Positions 50,062-62,411 of a stretch of DNA of 64,000 nucleotides are shown piece by piece. Position numbers and translations under genes: made by a program. The notes beneath the pieces were generated by a model that was not told the DNA's origin, did not search any database, and was given only the letters and a program-made list of their open reading frames with translations. The number at the start of each line of letters is the position of its first letter. The stretch's first letter is position 1. This DNA comes from Botryllus schlosseri (lineage: Eukaryota), in the NCBI GenBank assembly GCA_051294905.1, contig CM119371.1:40860001-40924000 (forward strand), read 5' to 3'.

Positions 50062-52148
50062 GAGTCAATGCCTTTTACTCCCAATATTGTATTCCACGTG
50101 AAACTGTACAACGTAAAGTATGCCTGTTATTTATAACGTAGTGATTTTAATGTCTAATATTGCACGGCTGTTATTACGATATTGTACGTTACCCACGGTG
50201 CCCGCACCGAAAAACGTCCTGCCCACCTATCCTGTTTTGAACGATTGCGTATTGACACTGAATTGCATATTATAGTATTCCGGTGCTCGTTATGTCTGTT
50301 TTACCTTTTCTGCGGTTGAGACATGAAATACACATTGTCGCGGCGGAGAATACTGTATTCAACTCCATGTGTTTGCGTATTTTCAATAGCGTTATCTAAC
50401 AAACAGTTTTAATGTCGGAAATAGTATTCAATACCGCAAAAATCACAATCAGTGCCTTAATTTGTGATCGTATATTTGAAATTTCGTGTTATATTATCCA
50501 CGACACAGTTATAGTCGGTTCAATTATAGTGTTTTATCGATAAAGCCCGTTCCAGCATTTGTGGTACATTGTGATTTCTGTGATTTCTCTACACCTGGTT
50601 CGTGTAGCCTTTTGTTTACCTTTGGTCAACTCTTTCTCAGACGATTTTGGGTGACTATCTCTTGATAACCAACATCTTTGGCGAAATTAGGGCTCTCAAT
50701 ATCGCACGACTGAATGATACGCTCACTTGTAAGATGTATTTCACAATTGACTGCCACTAACGCAAGCGATATCCCATTCATGGTAAAGATGTATGATTAT
50801 TTATAGTTCTCCGTGAATTGTTTTTGCTCACAAAAATTTGTGTAGACAAAATTGCGAAATCTGCGTCATCGAAAATTATTTATGTTCATCGATTCGCGAG
50901 AAATTGATCATCAATTATAATCGATTATAATAATGATTAATGATTAATAAATAATAATTATTATACGAATCACTATGTACGATATAGTGTTTGTCTCCAA
51001 TAATGACGATATCGCATTGTCAAAAGGCGTAATGTAATTTCTAATTCAGCATTTCGACTCGTGTATAATTGATAACGATTTACCCGGTCTCCCATAAAGA
51101 ATTTCACGAACCATGGCTACTTTTGCTGGCTATGTGTGTGTGTATGAACTAATCGTTTTTAACCCCTGTCACTACGACGTATGACGAAATTAAGGTCAAT
51201 TTTCGATGTGTGATGCGTCCGCCACTCCAGTGTACACGAAATGGGGGCTCCAATACTCCAATTTCTGAGTGGCAGGTTGTATTGATTGCGCGGTTTGAAA
51301 TATCTAACGCCAAATCGCTTTTATTCGACAAGTGCTCCTTCAGACTGTCATCCAATTGTGCAAATCATAATACCATCCTATGGTGTTGCCTCAGGGTAAT
51401 GGCGGTAGTAGTTGAAAATGCTTTAAAATCTTGCTGTATATATTTTGAGTTTTCGCGGAGTTCAATATATTAACAAGGGCGTAACGTTACTGAAGTATCA
51501 CATTGTAAATAGGTTTGTTACGATTTTATTTGCACTACATTTGGCTTTTTTCATATCACTTGCTTCCCTAGTATCTACTTGAAGAATACAGAATTAATTC
51601 ATTTTATATAAAACTATATGAATTTCATCATGTTAATGATATGCTACTATGGTACTTTTCGTTTGGTTATTGTCTCGTTATGTGATATTCCCCTCTTCTA
51701 TTTCTTGAATTATTTCAATAAAAAGAATCAACAATTTTTTCGTCGGTGGTATGGTTGGACTGTGACTAGGATAATGTGGATAAAGGTTTTGAGAACAGGT
51801 GAGATCACACCAGCAGACTGATAGCCTGTAAGGTACTCTTGGAGATACGGACCTTCATTATACAATTGAATAATATATTCTTATTGAAATAAAACCAAAT
51901 ATTTTCGCCTGACACTCGCCAAGAGTAATCATCAGCAACTAGTAGATAATTTAAAAGATCATTGTCTACCAGACTGATATATCGGTCTAGTGTGGTATTG
52001 AAAAGGCCTAACCAAGTACCATCAAAGAGAGATGACATCACGCATGTCAACTTCTTGGATTCTATATCAGTGAATGTGTAGCGATATGAGCTACAGAATA
52101 TTAATATTAGTCCAAGCAGCGCCATAAAGAGAACTGTTAAATGGGTAA

Positions 52149-52399
52149 GCAAGTGGCGCAGTGTGCTAAGCGACACCGTCACGACACCAATGGTTGCTGG
52201 TTCTAGTCTCGGTTCGGCCAAGTTTCGATGTGTCGGAGGTTCATCTGGGGTCCTCATTGCCGAACCCGCTGTAAACACAGCGTCTTAAAAAGCCCAGAGA
52301 AATAGTGAGCCGAGCTCCGAAGTCGGCAGCAGAGACCCGAAACAGGACGTAAGAAAGCGAGAGTGACGGAAGATTGGCAGTGGGCGAGCGCGGTGTATT
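52149..52399 (+). mobile_element. diverged SINE family 2 relative
   Basis: TGGCGCAGTG A box, GGTTCTAGTCTC B-box-like, GGAGGTTCATCT...GTCTTAAAAAGCCC...AAGTCGGCA blocks shared with family 2. Confidence 0.6.
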
Positions 52400-52536
52400 T
52401 AGGGTTACCATACGTCCTCGATTCAACCAAATTACCAGTAAATATTGCGAATCGGCTGTTTTGAGTTTCGATTAAGTAACTTTCAAGATTTGGTAAAAAT
52501 GTCTTTCTTTCCCGATTCCAAAATATGGTAACCCTA
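52400..52536. mobile_element. short family L copy
   Basis: Same 13-bp TIRs; TSD 6/8 (GGTGTATT/GATGTGTT). Confidence 0.75.
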
Positions 52537-53631
52537 GATGTGTTGAAACTATTGTTTCTAAAACTAAGCCGTAATGCTGTGTGTAAATACCCTAAATTTT
52601 GCATATAGGTAATATTGATTATAATCGATGTTGTGCAAATTTGAGCTGGTTTAAAGAGAGAGTAAAGAGATTTCAGCCTGATATTGACCCTAATCAACCT
52701 ACGTTCTGGCCTAAGTCAACGTGGACGTCAGGCATGTGCTGATGTGCTGTCATAGAGAGAGTTATCCAATATCCATCCGTCATTGCTGATATCTCGTAAA
52801 TCGTGGATGAATGTTGGGACTTGAAGCTTGTAGGTATTTTGTCCTTGTTTATCACCCTTCGCTATGCCATACAGACATACGTAGCAATATATCTCACAAT
52901 CACACGCACTGCTATTGTTACGATTCATGTCACATTAGCGCAGGCATACCATGGGATACAATTAGCTCTTTCGATACGATGCCATAACACATCAGCATTG
53001 TACGTATTGGTATTTCTATGAATTATCTGTTATTATTGGAATGTAAACTCTCTTCGTCTGCTCTTCCATTGTTCCGTATGTTGAAGCCTACACCGATCCG
53101 CTATACCTCCGGGCATTTGAGTGTCATTGAAATTACTCATCAGTGATATAACGAACGCCAAGTGCACGTCAATACAGCCATGTCCTCATTCAAGGATAAG
53201 GCGATAAGCGTTCTCATTACGTGAATACGCGACAGTAATAGATCATGCGATAAAATTCTAGCCAGCTATCACGAGCTTGTCGAGTCACATCGTCTCTGAC
53301 TCGTAAATTATTTCTGGCCACACAACTTTCTGCCATATTTGAGGCGCCATCTATAAAGAAGCAAGGGCGGTGATATTCTTCGCAAGTCAATTAATGCATA
53401 CATTCTAAATTCATAGGCTAATACTTCACAATGCTCACAGTGTAAATATAGCTGACTGCGGTTAGACGCCATTAAAATATAACTGTCGGTTTCCACCGGG
53501 GCTTGCAGTTCAGATATGACCGTTGGCCATTCCACTTCGACAATGCAAAGACATTTAAGTTATTACCAATTGCTATCGTCATTTTTGTAATAATATTTGT
53601 AAACTTATTTTTGTATCTCCTTACTATATTG

Positions 53632-54313
53632 CAGACTTGGAACACTAAAAAATGTTCAGCCTTTCCAAAATAGATTAGAATTAGAATTACTAACAACTTG
53701 GACATCGCATCGAGTTGAATCATTGCCATGAGCATGAGAATAACAAATGTATGTACAGCAAACTTGGCTCGATTAGCACTATACTCTATACCAGTGGTTC
53801 TCAACATTTTTTTAGACACGCCTCCTGCCCCGTTTATGTTAGTGGAAAATTTCGCCCCCCCCCCTCCCCCTTATCTTCATATCACAATATCCAACCGGGA
53901 TGCTAGCAACCCCCACAGATTGTTTGATGGCATGGAAGGTTATGGCAGCTGATAAGAGAATTGAAAAATATCAAATTCGGTTTATATGTAGAAAAACACG
54001 CGTGAGTTGGAGGTGAATCGCGAAATTTTCTTCCAGATGACCGCTTCTTCGCGCCCCCTCCAGATGCTTTCACGCCCCCCAAGGGGGCGAGTCCCCCCAG
54101 GTTGATAACCACTGCTCTATACAGTTCTCATGTAGGATCAACAGGAAAACAAAATATTAGATTAGTATGAAAATGAGACCATGAAAACATTTCACAAATG
54201 AGATTAGAATTAATACTAGAGCAAAAGAAATACTTCATAAATTGGACTAGAATTAAATTGCTGGAATTTCGCTGCAATTAGTATAATTCGACAGCAAAAA
54301 TTGTTCAAGTCTG
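53632..54313. mobile_element. MITE family Q hosting Charlie-like MITE M
   Basis: CAGACTTGGAAC...GTTCAAGTCTG with ATTAGAATT repeats. Confidence 0.6.
53792..54114. mobile_element. Charlie-like hAT MITE M
   Basis: TIR CAGTGGTTCTCAAC...GTTGATAACCACTG; TSD CTCTATAC (53784-53791, 54115-54122). Confidence 0.9.
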
Positions 54314-57129
54314 CTACTCAAGTGGCCTGCAAAGCATCTACTGTACATTCAATTGGGTTATAGCTTCTTTTGACCACGTTTTACGCAACTGAAAACTAAA
54401 ACTCAGGTATGCCATCGGAAAAGAACTTTTTGTCTTGAATTTGCCCATTCAAATACAATCACCGTTATGGTAATGTTGATTACACATACTTCACCGCGAA
54501 CTTGCCCTAAATGCTGGGCGAAACTTCGTTGAAAAAATCCACCTCAGATCTGTTTACACAACTACGGATCAATCGTTCAAATTGTTTACTCGAGAGTCTT
54601 CTTTCTCGACTCCATTTGAAGGTATATTCCCATAAAGTGACATCAGTCATCATTTTACGTCGATAGTACCGGGCAGAAGCGCTTCGTCTCGGGATTACAA
54701 TAAAACAGTCGTGACATGAAAAGATATACATCTACACCTTGTTGTATCAACAACGCGCGTCGATCGGTTGGAAGTTATACGATTGATTTGCCTTCGATGT
54801 GTCAACCCGTCACCGTTTTTCAAAGGAAGACTCGCTATCTGTATTTTACCGGTTATAATAGCATATACGTTTCAAGGCATCTTCTCTGTGCCTGTATAGT
54901 GTATAGTGTTGATACAGATACAAGATGGCTTATCATTTATTACACCCGAAATGTATGAAAACGGTAGTTGTGTATCTCACAGTCTATCTATAAACAAAAA
55001 CATGTACCCTGATCTGCACTTTTGTAGTTGATAATCGTGCTTTGAGGTAGACTTCGGGTAATATAATCAGGGCCGTAAGAGCAACTTATAACACCTTATC
55101 GCACCAAGCGCGAAATCTTTCTATCATTCATGATTGCATCGGTCAAATTTTCTTAATCCTCTCTCTGATCACGTAATAGACAATAGACAATATAACATAT
55201 ATGTATGTATTGTATATATATCGAAGTTCTCGGTCAGCATAGGTCATAAGGGCAGTCCTTTTCGGCCAAGTTTTTCTCGCTGCCAATCGTTCTGGTGCAC
55301 GTCTCGTTACATTGCCTAGATCTAGAACCTCATATGTCTTGGTGCAACTGGGTGTGGTGATGGCTGACACGGAAATGCACATTTCTATAAATTATGCGTA
55401 TTTTTTTTCTTGTGGAAGTGTACAAAATGATGAACATAATTAGAAACTGGGGTTTGGGGCGCGCAGGTATGGTCCTGATTACAGCAATCACTTGGCTACA
55501 GAATATCACGGAAGATGAGTAATTGAGTATGTTGCCGTGCGATGTTCGGTATCGAGTTATCTTTGACGGAGTACTCAAGTAGTCTTTACCGATCTACACT
55601 ACTTACTAAAGCGGTTAGGACTTTAAACTACTTCCACTTCTAGGATCTGAGGCAAAACTGCTTAGTCCCTACACTTTTAATTCGGTAAAGTAGTTTTGGG
55701 GTCGTATGTCATAACAACAGTACGAAAGAGCCCCCGTATCACGGTATCTGAATTTGTTGTCGAAGATCACACACATTTGAAGTGTTAAGCAATTATGACT
55801 ATATTTTGATCAGCACTGGTTCTCGAATATACGTACATGAAGCATTACATCATATATGGTTGTGATTTGTATCACAAATGTGTTGCTATATACATTAGCC
55901 TGCATCGGGTTATATAATGAGGCACCACCTTTCAGATCATCCAAATCACGTATACTCGTCAAGCCGAGAGGTGTGTCAAAACGTCAAAATAAATCGTGGG
56001 TGTATTTCATCACTTGTATTTCTGATTACTGTGGATATTCACGCTCGTAAGTTCACAATAACTTACATTGTCTTTCTTCCGCTTCCAAATGAACTGATGT
56101 AGGCTGCGCCTGAATAAGAATTGCCGTTCGATTGTGGTATAACAATGCAGGCTTGGTTAACTGTCAATTCTGAACCACAGACCTTATCTAAACATGCTGA
56201 TGATGGTCTAAGAAAGCTGTTGCCTTAGACACCGTTAAGGTCAAATGATACAGATGGCATCTTAAGATTCAGTGAAATGTTTGCTGTTTATTTGTGGTGG
56301 AGAATATCCAATACGCGTAAACTGTAAGTAAACTGTCAAGTAGCCTACTCAGCAGCTTGTACCTGTTTCAAACGCGGTACAGTTGCGGAAATGATAAATC
56401 TCAGATGTCTTATGCAATCCAAATCTTTTCAAGAAACACATTGGACGAATTCTCGCTATCATTCATACAGGTTCTAAAAATATCACGGGATAAGCTCGCA
56501 CTTTTATAAATATGTGAAGCGTGCAAGCGAAAGATTGCGGGTGTAAATCATTATTAAAAGGGCACAATTTTAACCCCATGCAACCCCGGTAATATCTCGG
56601 AGTTGTAAGCATATATCTATTTCGAGGGGATAATATATTTCGCACAATACTCACTCACAGGTGTTTCGTGGATTATTTTTACCTTACCACGACAACAGGA
56701 TACATTCATGGTGTTTGAATTCCGAGGTAATAATGTACCGGTACACATTATAACTCGCCTTCTAGTATAGATTAGCGTTGAGCATGAATTTGAATATGAA
56801 TATACACTTATAAACAGTCTGAATTCGATGAAATTTTATGATATTGTGAAACGGGCTCGTGTTTGAGCCTGTAATATTAAAATGTTACTGCATTTGCGAA
56901 TGTAATTTCACAGATTTGCCGATTAGCAGGAGACGGTAACTTTTTTGCTGTGACCGGGTTCAAAATGAAACAGGGCTTCAAGAAACACAAGTGTTGAAAA
57001 TTGAAAATTTATGGCAGCTATATTCACTATAAGGTCACTGAAATATGTCCAGTCCAGCGTGTCAAGAACTCACACGCTCCGAATAAAGTGGTGAACTTGA
57101 TTTTTTTAAACTTTATTAGTGATCTTGAC

Positions 57130-57555
57130 TAGAGCCCAACCGATTATCGGTTCGCAGACAATATCGAGTCGATATTACAATTCGAAAGAATTATCGGTAT
57201 CGGCCATTGGAGGTGAAAAAATATCGGCAATTTTCGTGGCGTCATAACATGTTGGTAGGAAGACAGCAAAATACAACCCTTGACTGCTAGACTGGGCATA
57301 TTGTTATATTTTATAAAGCTTACACTTTCAAGACGTCCAGATACGGGCGAGCTAGTTTATTTCCTGTTCAAGCATGACAATGGCTGTAAAGCTGTTGAAA
57401 TAAATGATCTGAAGTTTCGAAAATTCGCCTTTTGGGGTAGATAACACATTATTTCAATTTCGCCAAAATATATCGGTGTTATCGGTGAAGGTGTTAGACT
57501 GTTAGATATTGGCTTTATCGGTATCGGCCCAAAATCCAATATCGGTCGGGCTTTA
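57130..57555. mobile_element. hAT-type MITE, K-related
   Basis: TIR TAGAGCCCAACCGAT...ATCGGTCGGGCTTTA; TSD ATCTTGAC/ATTTTGAC. Confidence 0.8.
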
Positions 57556-58226
57556 ATTTTGACTACCATATAATTCTGAGCCTTCACTTTAATTGCAAAC
57601 GCTAAAGGCCACAGTTTACTGGGCACTGGCTTAGTTAATGACTAGTTTTTGTAAACGTTGCCTGTATGATAGCTACTAGCCGCGTATAAATACGGCATGG
57701 GAGTAGCATGGGCACGAATTTGAACAATAGCGTGACATCATAGATAAATTGTGACGTAAACAACGAAAATCGAGTCTCGTGGTGTTGCGTTATCCGAAGT
57801 CGACATGGCCAGGAATAAAATCGGCGACATCAAAGCGAAACGGCCCGTCTCTCCAAGATACAATTCAAAAGAATCTAGCGAGGTTTGTACCAGGACGTAT
57901 ACATAATAGCTTGGGGACAATGATATATTTTTGTTTACGAAGGAATGCTCAACAATAGCTCTTGTCATCCGAACCCGGCAATATGGAATTAAAACGTGAC
58001 GGGATAGCTTCTGGCTCTTACCCGATCAGTGACCCGTTCCGAAAGCTAGTCAAAAGCACGCGATTTTGTGAAATATTGCGATGTAGAACATCAGTTTTTG
58101 ACATCTATATATATTCATAACAGTGACACGCACGCGAGTACCGTGTACCGCTACTGCTCTCAGTAACCTCATGATAAACCAAGGGGATATCCGCAAACTG
58201 TATCGTATATATTTCAATACGACTAT

Positions 58227-58573
58227 TAGGGCTCTTTAAAAATGACTTTTTTCTCAAATCGCACTGGCTACTTGATTAAATTGTTAGGCTACGTAATTTA
58301 AGCCTACACACAAAATTTGGTTCAATTTCAGCCAGTAACCGCTTTGGTACAGGAGAAGAAAGTTTCTATTTATTATATAAAAATAAATATTAAAAAATTT
58401 GAAAATTTTCTGTTCACCCTATGAAAGTGTTAGGCTGTGTATAGGAACGATGCTCACCAAATTTGGTTGAATTCCAAGCAGTTGAAGCGGAGTTATTGCC
58501 GTCGAAAAATTTGGATTTGAATAAAATAGTATTTACGTTGACCGATTCTTTTGTTATTTATTATAGTTGTGCT
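58227..58573. mobile_element. half foldback element (left arm + spacer), F-related
   Basis: Starts TAGGGCTCTTTAAAAATGAC; ends in the same TTATTTATTATAGTTGTGCT spacer that begins the 19141 copy. Confidence 0.75.
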
Positions 58574-58731
58574 ATGGTTGCGTCGATGTCCAATGTCGCT
58601 AAATCGTACTGTTGAGCTTCTTCAAATAGTGTTTTAAAAGTCTTCTCAATCTGTCACACAATATTAATGATCTTAAACGAGTCGTAGACTTTTGGGTAGT
58701 ACTCTCGCATCATTTTTCCGTATATGATAAG

Positions 58732-59898
58732 TAGAGCGATTTTTTTTTGACCTAAAAAACGTATGATTTTGACCTAAAATTTCCAAATTTTGACTTTTTT
58801 TTACCTAAAAAAACTGAAATTTGACCAAATTTTGACCTCACGTATGCAAATTAGTTGCTTTCGCACATAATGTTAAAATTGTACTACTTATCTTCATTTC
58901 TGGTTGGAACTGTCTGTCCTTACAAAGTAGATTGGCCTGAAAGAACGTTTTTGGCTTAAAAACTGACACATTTTTGCATGACAAAACTAGTATTTTAACG
59001 AAATCTGGCCCTATGAAGAATTGCAGTAGTTACATTACGTATTATGGTGGAATAATTAAAATTTGTTGTAGTACAACGAAAGATACTTTCCTACATTCTC
59101 GGGTAGAAAGTGTTTGTTTTGTGGTATTCATGGTGTTTGTCAACTACTATGGTCATTTGCACCAGGCCGATATTCTTCATTATTTTCCGTAACTGCCAAC
59201 ATATAGCACGGCCCACCTCTAGGCTTTTTTGTAAGACACCGCTTACGCGGATGAGGTGGCGAGGCGGAGCCTAGGTAAACCTCCAACACTTAGCTACGGA
59301 ATTATGAAGTCGACCTCGGTCGGAATCGAACCCACACCCATTGGTGTTGCAGCCGCGGATTATACCACTGCGCTATCTCGGGTAGAAAGTGTCCGTTCTT
59401 ACTAAGTAGCTTGCCAAGAATGGAGAAAGAACTTTCAACAGCAGCAGTTGTTAGCTGACAACACTGAAGTTGTGTGCACTGCACACTGCTTGCTGGTGAT
59501 GCACCGTGTTGCTTCATTCTGACAATGTTGTCTATATCACAATTTTTCGGCTTGCGCTTCTTGATGTAAGAACCATGCAATGCCCAAGCAGCCTTGCTTC
59601 AGTTAGGATATTGCGGTACGTTGACCATAAAACCATGTCACTATTTGTTTCATTTGACCGTTTATGATTCACAATGAGCAGACGATGAGCCGTTTACAAC
59701 GGTAGGCCTATAAAGTAGGCTACAGGCTGTAAATTATCAAATGATAAGTTCACAGACAGCGCAAAATCTACGATACAAACGAAATGTAGAGGTCAAAAAA
59801 TGTTTGATTTTGTAAAGAATTTTGACAAATTTTGACCTAACGCTACAATTTTGACCTAATTTTGACTTTTTTTGACATGTCAAAAAAAAATCGCCCTA
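58732..59898 (-). mobile_element. hAT element family H with transposase C-terminal remnant and nested SINE
   Basis: TSD ATGATAAG (58724-58731, 59899-59906). The - strand reads CCQLTTAAVESSFSILGKLLSKNGHFLPE|NVGKYLSLYYNKF*, like the hAT C-terminal dimerisation motif (S..vERsFS). Confidence 0.9.
59114..59375 (-). mobile_element. tRNA-derived SINE family 2
   Basis: 17-bp TSD TCTCGGGTAGAAAGTGT (59097-59113, 59376-59392); A/B boxes on the - strand. Confidence 0.9.
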
Positions 59899-61352
59899 AT
59901 GATAAGTATAGCAGATCCACCTTAAACTGTATATCGCGCGGGAGTGCGTTCTAAATTACGTTATAATTTTATTAAAACAGTTTAAAATTCCATATTTTAT
60001 TTTTCGAAGGACAAACGTCCAAACTGTTACATTTTGCAATTGAGAATAAAAGTGACCACCGGTAGCCTAGATATGGCTTATTGGCTTATTTCTTCGAATG
60101 CTAATGATAGAAGGTAGGCCTACTTAGACGAGCATAGTAGGTGATCTGAACACGGGCCTTCTATTTTAAGCAGGGGATAAAAGCGGCTTATTCCATCCCA
60201 AAATATACTAGAATTTCTGACGCTAACACCGTGTCAAAATTGGGGCGTCACAGTCTGAGTAAATGCGACTAGAATTACGTATCCGATAAGTATTGTAATC
60301 CAAGCACCCTATACATCCGGAAATTATAATATAGAGTTCGATTCAACGAAAGGTATACCATAACTTTGATATAATTGATCCCTTTCAAAGCGTGTATAGA
60401 TTGTACACATCGCACAATGCGCCTTGTTGATGGACTTCCAGCAATCAAGTATCGCGGCGCTCCTTTCGGCCGTCGTGTGAGCAAAGTATAGCGATTGGTT
60501 TGCTCGTAAAGGCAATGGTATGGCAACATGTGTTTTCAGTATCGGCTCCGGGATTCACGACTGGTTTCATTATTGCCATTGTCAGTTGAGGTGGCCAGAA
60601 GCAAAGTACTTTCTCGTAAATTGTAACGGGAACCGCATAAAATAACCACTGCATCTGGGTAACTAAATGTATTTCCGAAAATTGCACTTATACTTTAGTG
60701 TCATTAGTGATTTTGAGTTACACGCGAATATACATCCAGCAATTTCGAACGTAAATTGCTAAAAAGTACGCGACCAGTCGACCTACTTTACTTTACTATA
60801 CTTGACTATTTTCCGACCTTCATTTTCTACTTCCAATTGAAATAGTTTTGGCTTGTCTCGAGACTCACTACTTCGACTAGTAATTGGAAAAACTACGGCG
60901 TTCCTTTAACTTCTACTTGGGTATACCGACATTGACTACAGTTTGACCACATCTGGTCATTACACCAGGAACTTATTTTGGACAAAGTAATTACGCTACA
61001 ATTTATCCTTGATTTGATTAACACTCTGTAAAGTTCTGGTGGTGACATAAGCAACGTGTATTCGCAGAAGCTATACTAACAAGAGTAAATATAGACCTGA
61101 AGTATAATTACAAAGGAAATTACTTCATGGCCTATTTCTAATTAACAGTGATTGGTAATAATTGCGACATTATTTATTACCAAGACACGCGCAGATGAAG
61201 TAATTTTAAGCCGACGTAAAAGCAGAACCGATCTGTTGTGTGTGTTGTAGGCCTATATAGTGTTATCCTATACATTCTCTTGTACATTCGAAACAGAAAC
61301 GTTCGCACTGCATAATCGTTTGTAGAGCTTGTTGGCGGTACAGGGCCTCATC

Positions 61353-61535
61353 TATTTGAATAATATACTCATATTGAAATGAACCCGAATATTTTCTTCT
61401 GGCACTCGTTAGGGGTAATCGTCAGCAACTAGTTGAGAATTGAAAGAATGTTGCATCTCAACAATCGACGATTACCCCTGACGAGTGTCAGCCTGAAATA
61501 TTCGGCTATTACAATAAGAATACGCTATTCAATTG
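61353..61535. mobile_element. short palindromic MITE family P
   Basis: TTGAATAATAT...GCACTCGT...ACGAGTGTCAG...TATTCAATTG. Confidence 0.75.
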
Positions 61536-62136
61536 CATAATGGTTTGTATCAACGAGAGATCACAAATGTTAGTGGACATATCGTATAAACTACAATAAA
61601 ACTAACCCAATAAATACAAATGTGTTTATTTTAAATCGATACCCTTAGTTGATAATTTTGGTTATGTCATGGACTTGAGTGAATTTTAGATGCTCATAAT
61701 AGCAATTTTCTAGGAAAATTACATGGTAAAATGCTTGTAGTTGTTTCTGAACTTTATAAATACGCTCCTTCTACTACGTATATACCGACCTAAAGCAACC
61801 AAAGATTCTCTCTCGTGGCAAATCGTTATGCATTTTTCGGCGAGATGAAAGACGCAATCGCTTTTTCTGGTCAGATAAACAACAATAGCCGCTACTTCCG
61901 CTGAATCAACAAGAATCCAAGTTCGAATACCATCTCGTAGTGTTTCAGGCGCCATACTCAATTCGTGAGAATCGTCATGCAAACCGCACTTCAGGTGTCG
62001 TATCGAATATGAATGTAGGAAACTTCAAAACAATATACTGCATAAGCTTCAAGTTGTGAAAGAATTTTTACCACATGCGTGGTCTATGCACGGTACTGTT
62101 CAGTGAACCGCAATCGATTGCGTTACCGGGCGTAGC

Positions 62137-62411
62137 TTTTTTGTGTGTGGCTTGATATTCATGTTGATTTGACTACAATGGTCTTTTTACAACAGGCCGG
62201 TATGCTTTATTTTTAATTCCGTATTTACCGACTGGTAGCACGGCCCACTTCCAGGTTTTATAATAAGACACCGCTTACGAGGATCACGAGGCGAGGAGGA
62301 GCCTAGATAAACCTCAAACACTCAGATAGGAATTATGGAGTCGACCTCGGTCGGAATCGAACCCAAGACCCATTGGTGTTGTAGCTGTGGATCATACCAA
62401 CTCTATATCGC
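62137..62411 (-). mobile_element. tRNA-derived SINE family 2
   Basis: Colinear with 59114-59375 (AGCACGGCCCAC...GACCTCGGTCGGAATCGAACCC). Confidence 0.85.

Noticed and set aside
51805..52697. Two ~150-aa minus-strand ORFs
   Set aside because: They run across MITE P, a SINE and MITE L, so they are chance ORFs.
57805..57910. Short ORF MARNKIGDIKAKRPVSPRYNSKESSE with a possible GT donor
   Set aside because: No downstream exon partner or homology identified.
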